A stretch of DNA of 63,574 nt, filler included, from Octopus bimaculoides (taxonomy: Eukaryota), in assembly GCF_001194135.2 (NCBI RefSeq). It is 8 parts of 7 records of this genome, joined end to end, with 100 filler letters (N's around TTAATTAATTAA, not from the genome) between each part and the next. Parts side by side here need not be neighbours in the genome. Positions count along the whole stretch, not along the records: positions 61,284 to 63,574 come from NC_068992.1; 7 more parts are not named here. One strand, given 5' to 3'. The notes beneath the pieces were generated by a model. That model was not told the origin of the DNA. It saw nothing but the letters and a program-made list of their open reading frames with translations, and ran no database searches. Shown piece by piece: positions 61,354-63,574 of the stretch. Within the stretch, counting starts at the first letter, position 1, and each line of letters begins with the position of its first letter. Made by a program: the position numbers and the translations under genes.

Positions 61354-62027
61354 CGTTTATGTATACATATATATATTGTTGCGTATTTATTACATTTACC
61401 TACACTCCCATGATATAAATGACACGTACTTCTGAATTATAAATGTCGCATACGATTCCAGAAGATTCGTAATGTGGAGAACACTGAATTGCTTAATCTG
61501 TTATATGATACTCAATTTAGCACGGTAGAGATTTTGAGCTTTTTTTTTCTTTTTCTTTTTGTTTTTTTGTTCTCTGGTATTCCAAAACATATGTGGTGAG
61601 TAAAAGACCAAAATGTAGATTAATATAGCAAGGTTTTCTCGCCGTATAAGAAAATGTTAGTCGGCAAAATAAAATGAAATACCATTTGAAATACGTAACG
61701 TAAACTTATGAATAAAATCCTTTGCACTGTTGGTTCATTACTTTCATCTATGCCTTTTATAGCTTAACATCTAGATGTTAAAGCCTTGGAACGCAGCTGC
61801 ACTTTATCAGGAACTGGATTCTCATTGAACCTCAGAGGGAATGTCTTCGAATGATATCACACACATTAACAATATTGTATATGAGCAAATGACTACTGAT
61901 GTACATGACTAAATTATTAATGTTGAATATGTAGGGTAGATTCTGAAATAATACATCATATTGAGACGTTTAACATTAGGTTCCACCAAATATACATCAA
62001 ATTACAATAATATACTAAAACGATTAC

Positions 62028-62106
<79 letters not shown>

Positions 62107-62214
62107 ATGTATGTATATGTATATATAATGCTAATACGTATGAATTAAATGTCTCCGTACACCTGCATTTCTTCGAGAAACATTTCTGCTGAATCCATAA
62201 GAATTACCATTTAT

Positions 62215-62424
62215 CTAAGAAAATGACAATACAAATGTATAATTGACCATTAGTATCGAGACAGACCAACTGTGAGTATTAATCTGGATATAATTTTCCA
62301 TTACGGAAATGACAATAGCAAACAAATTATCGATGTAACAATACCAACCGACCATAATGATGTACAGGAGTGAAATGCCAAACTAAGGAGTTACACAAAT
62401 GGTGCTATCGAGCTAAAAACATAG
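62215..62424 (+). mobile_element. R4/Dong-like restriction-enzyme-like endonuclease remnant
   Basis: DIIFHYGNDNSKQIIDVTIPTDHNDVQE*NAKLRSY..AIELK matches the RPD..IDV.IP.D.N...K..KY REL pattern. Confidence 0.6.
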
Positions 62425-63025
62425 AAGTTGAAGAATGTGTCTGATGTTTCATATGGAATTTATACAATTTGAATGATACGCAACCAGTGATGTAAAGATA
62501 TTACTTATAAGAACAGTCATTGCTACATTTTAAAAAGCAACACTGCTAAATTCTGCATATAATGGTACAGCATTTAATTTCCACGAAAATCTCATTTCAA
62601 ATTACGAAAAGTATTTTCAAACTTAGTGTTCAACTGTTCCATACTTTGAAGTATATCAGATATAAAAAGAATAATCATTATTTAGTATTATAGTATTTGT
62701 AAAGCGCCATTGAGGGTGAAATAAGAATGTAAAAGCAGACGATTGGAATACGAGAAAATGGGAGAGTCTCCTGGGATCATTGTCGTTTATAACAGTGCTT
62801 GGAAGTAAAGTGTGTAGAGCGTGGACGTCTAAAACCATCATGTTTCATATGTGTAGCATCTTGACTGTGTTGAGTAAGACAAGCATTGTTTTTTTATAAT
62901 AATCATAACAAAAAACGAGTTGTTGTTCTATGACTCTGACACCGAACATTAAGCAGAGGAATTACATTAGAATGTGACGAAGCAGCTGCTCGCTATCCCA
63001 AGTAAATAGTTCCAGGAATGCTTAC

Positions 63026-63158
63026 CTTTCTTTAATGGAATCAACGTTAAAATGTGTAACGGTAGAAGGGCATTACTTCGAGGATTTTTGTTTTGTAGTT
63101 TTCTTTTCATGATACCAGCCGCAATACTTTCTGCACGAACATCGTAAAAATCAGGCAT
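63026..63158 (-). CDS. Candidate first coding exon MPDFYDVRAESIAAGIMKRKLQNKNPRSNALLPLHILTLIPLKK-G|
   Basis: ATG shortly after an in-frame stop and a strong donor AAG|gtaagc; no recognisable homology. Confidence 0.2.
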
Positions 63159-63574
63159 AAATTAGTCATTCTGGATAGTCAAATTTGTACCTTCTCCAGT
63201 CAGATTGCACATGAAAGAAGAATGCAAACACATTATATTTATGGAAATAATGTGCAGAAATGAGTGAAGAAGTACTTTGATTGAGTGTTTAACGGTTTGC
63301 TGATCGCTCCTCGGGAAGAAAAAAAACCAACAAAACAGGTACCCAGCTTGCTTGCTCAATTAGTAGCATACGCAGCATGGTTTAGCTGATATATAAAGGC
63401 TAAGCCAGAATAATTTTGGAAGGACCAAAGAAAAAAGAGAAATGGTAGATACCCTTCCTTTAAATTCATATAGGCAAACCATCTCTGTCAGTCCATCTAT
63501 AGCGCCCTACCCCATTCTCTTTATACATACAAAAATACATACATACATATATATACATATATATGTATAAATAT

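Overview
This is AT-rich eukaryotic genomic DNA, dense in microsatellites and repeats. The SINE repertoire and repeat style resemble a coleoid cephalopod (Octopus-like) genome; that assignment is inference from memory, not a database result. About 9% of the window is N, and seven 100-nt gaps carry an artificial TTAATTAATTAA linker, so long-range adjacency is uncertain. I can identify no intact host gene, rRNA, tRNA or CRISPR array, and most long ORFs in the track are microsatellite or N artefacts. Supported content: two dead mariner transposons (mellifera-like and irritans-like); LINE remnants of the R4/Dong, RTE and L1/Tx1 clades, plus a probable Penelope-like remnant; at least three tRNA-derived SINE families, including head-to-tail arrays in (ATT)n; and piggyBac-type MITEs. 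The most notable signal is three sequence-unrelated hammerhead ribozyme motifs of the minimal, palindromic-stem-III type: 35924-35997(-), 2776-2815(-), and a twin pair in the arms of a 429-bp foldback at 10919-11347. A unique island at 16.4-17.0 kb holds a candidate 21-nt microexon, a G-quadruplex motif and a perfect DR1, and is flanked by complementary microsatellites. Several other low-confidence exon candidates are listed.
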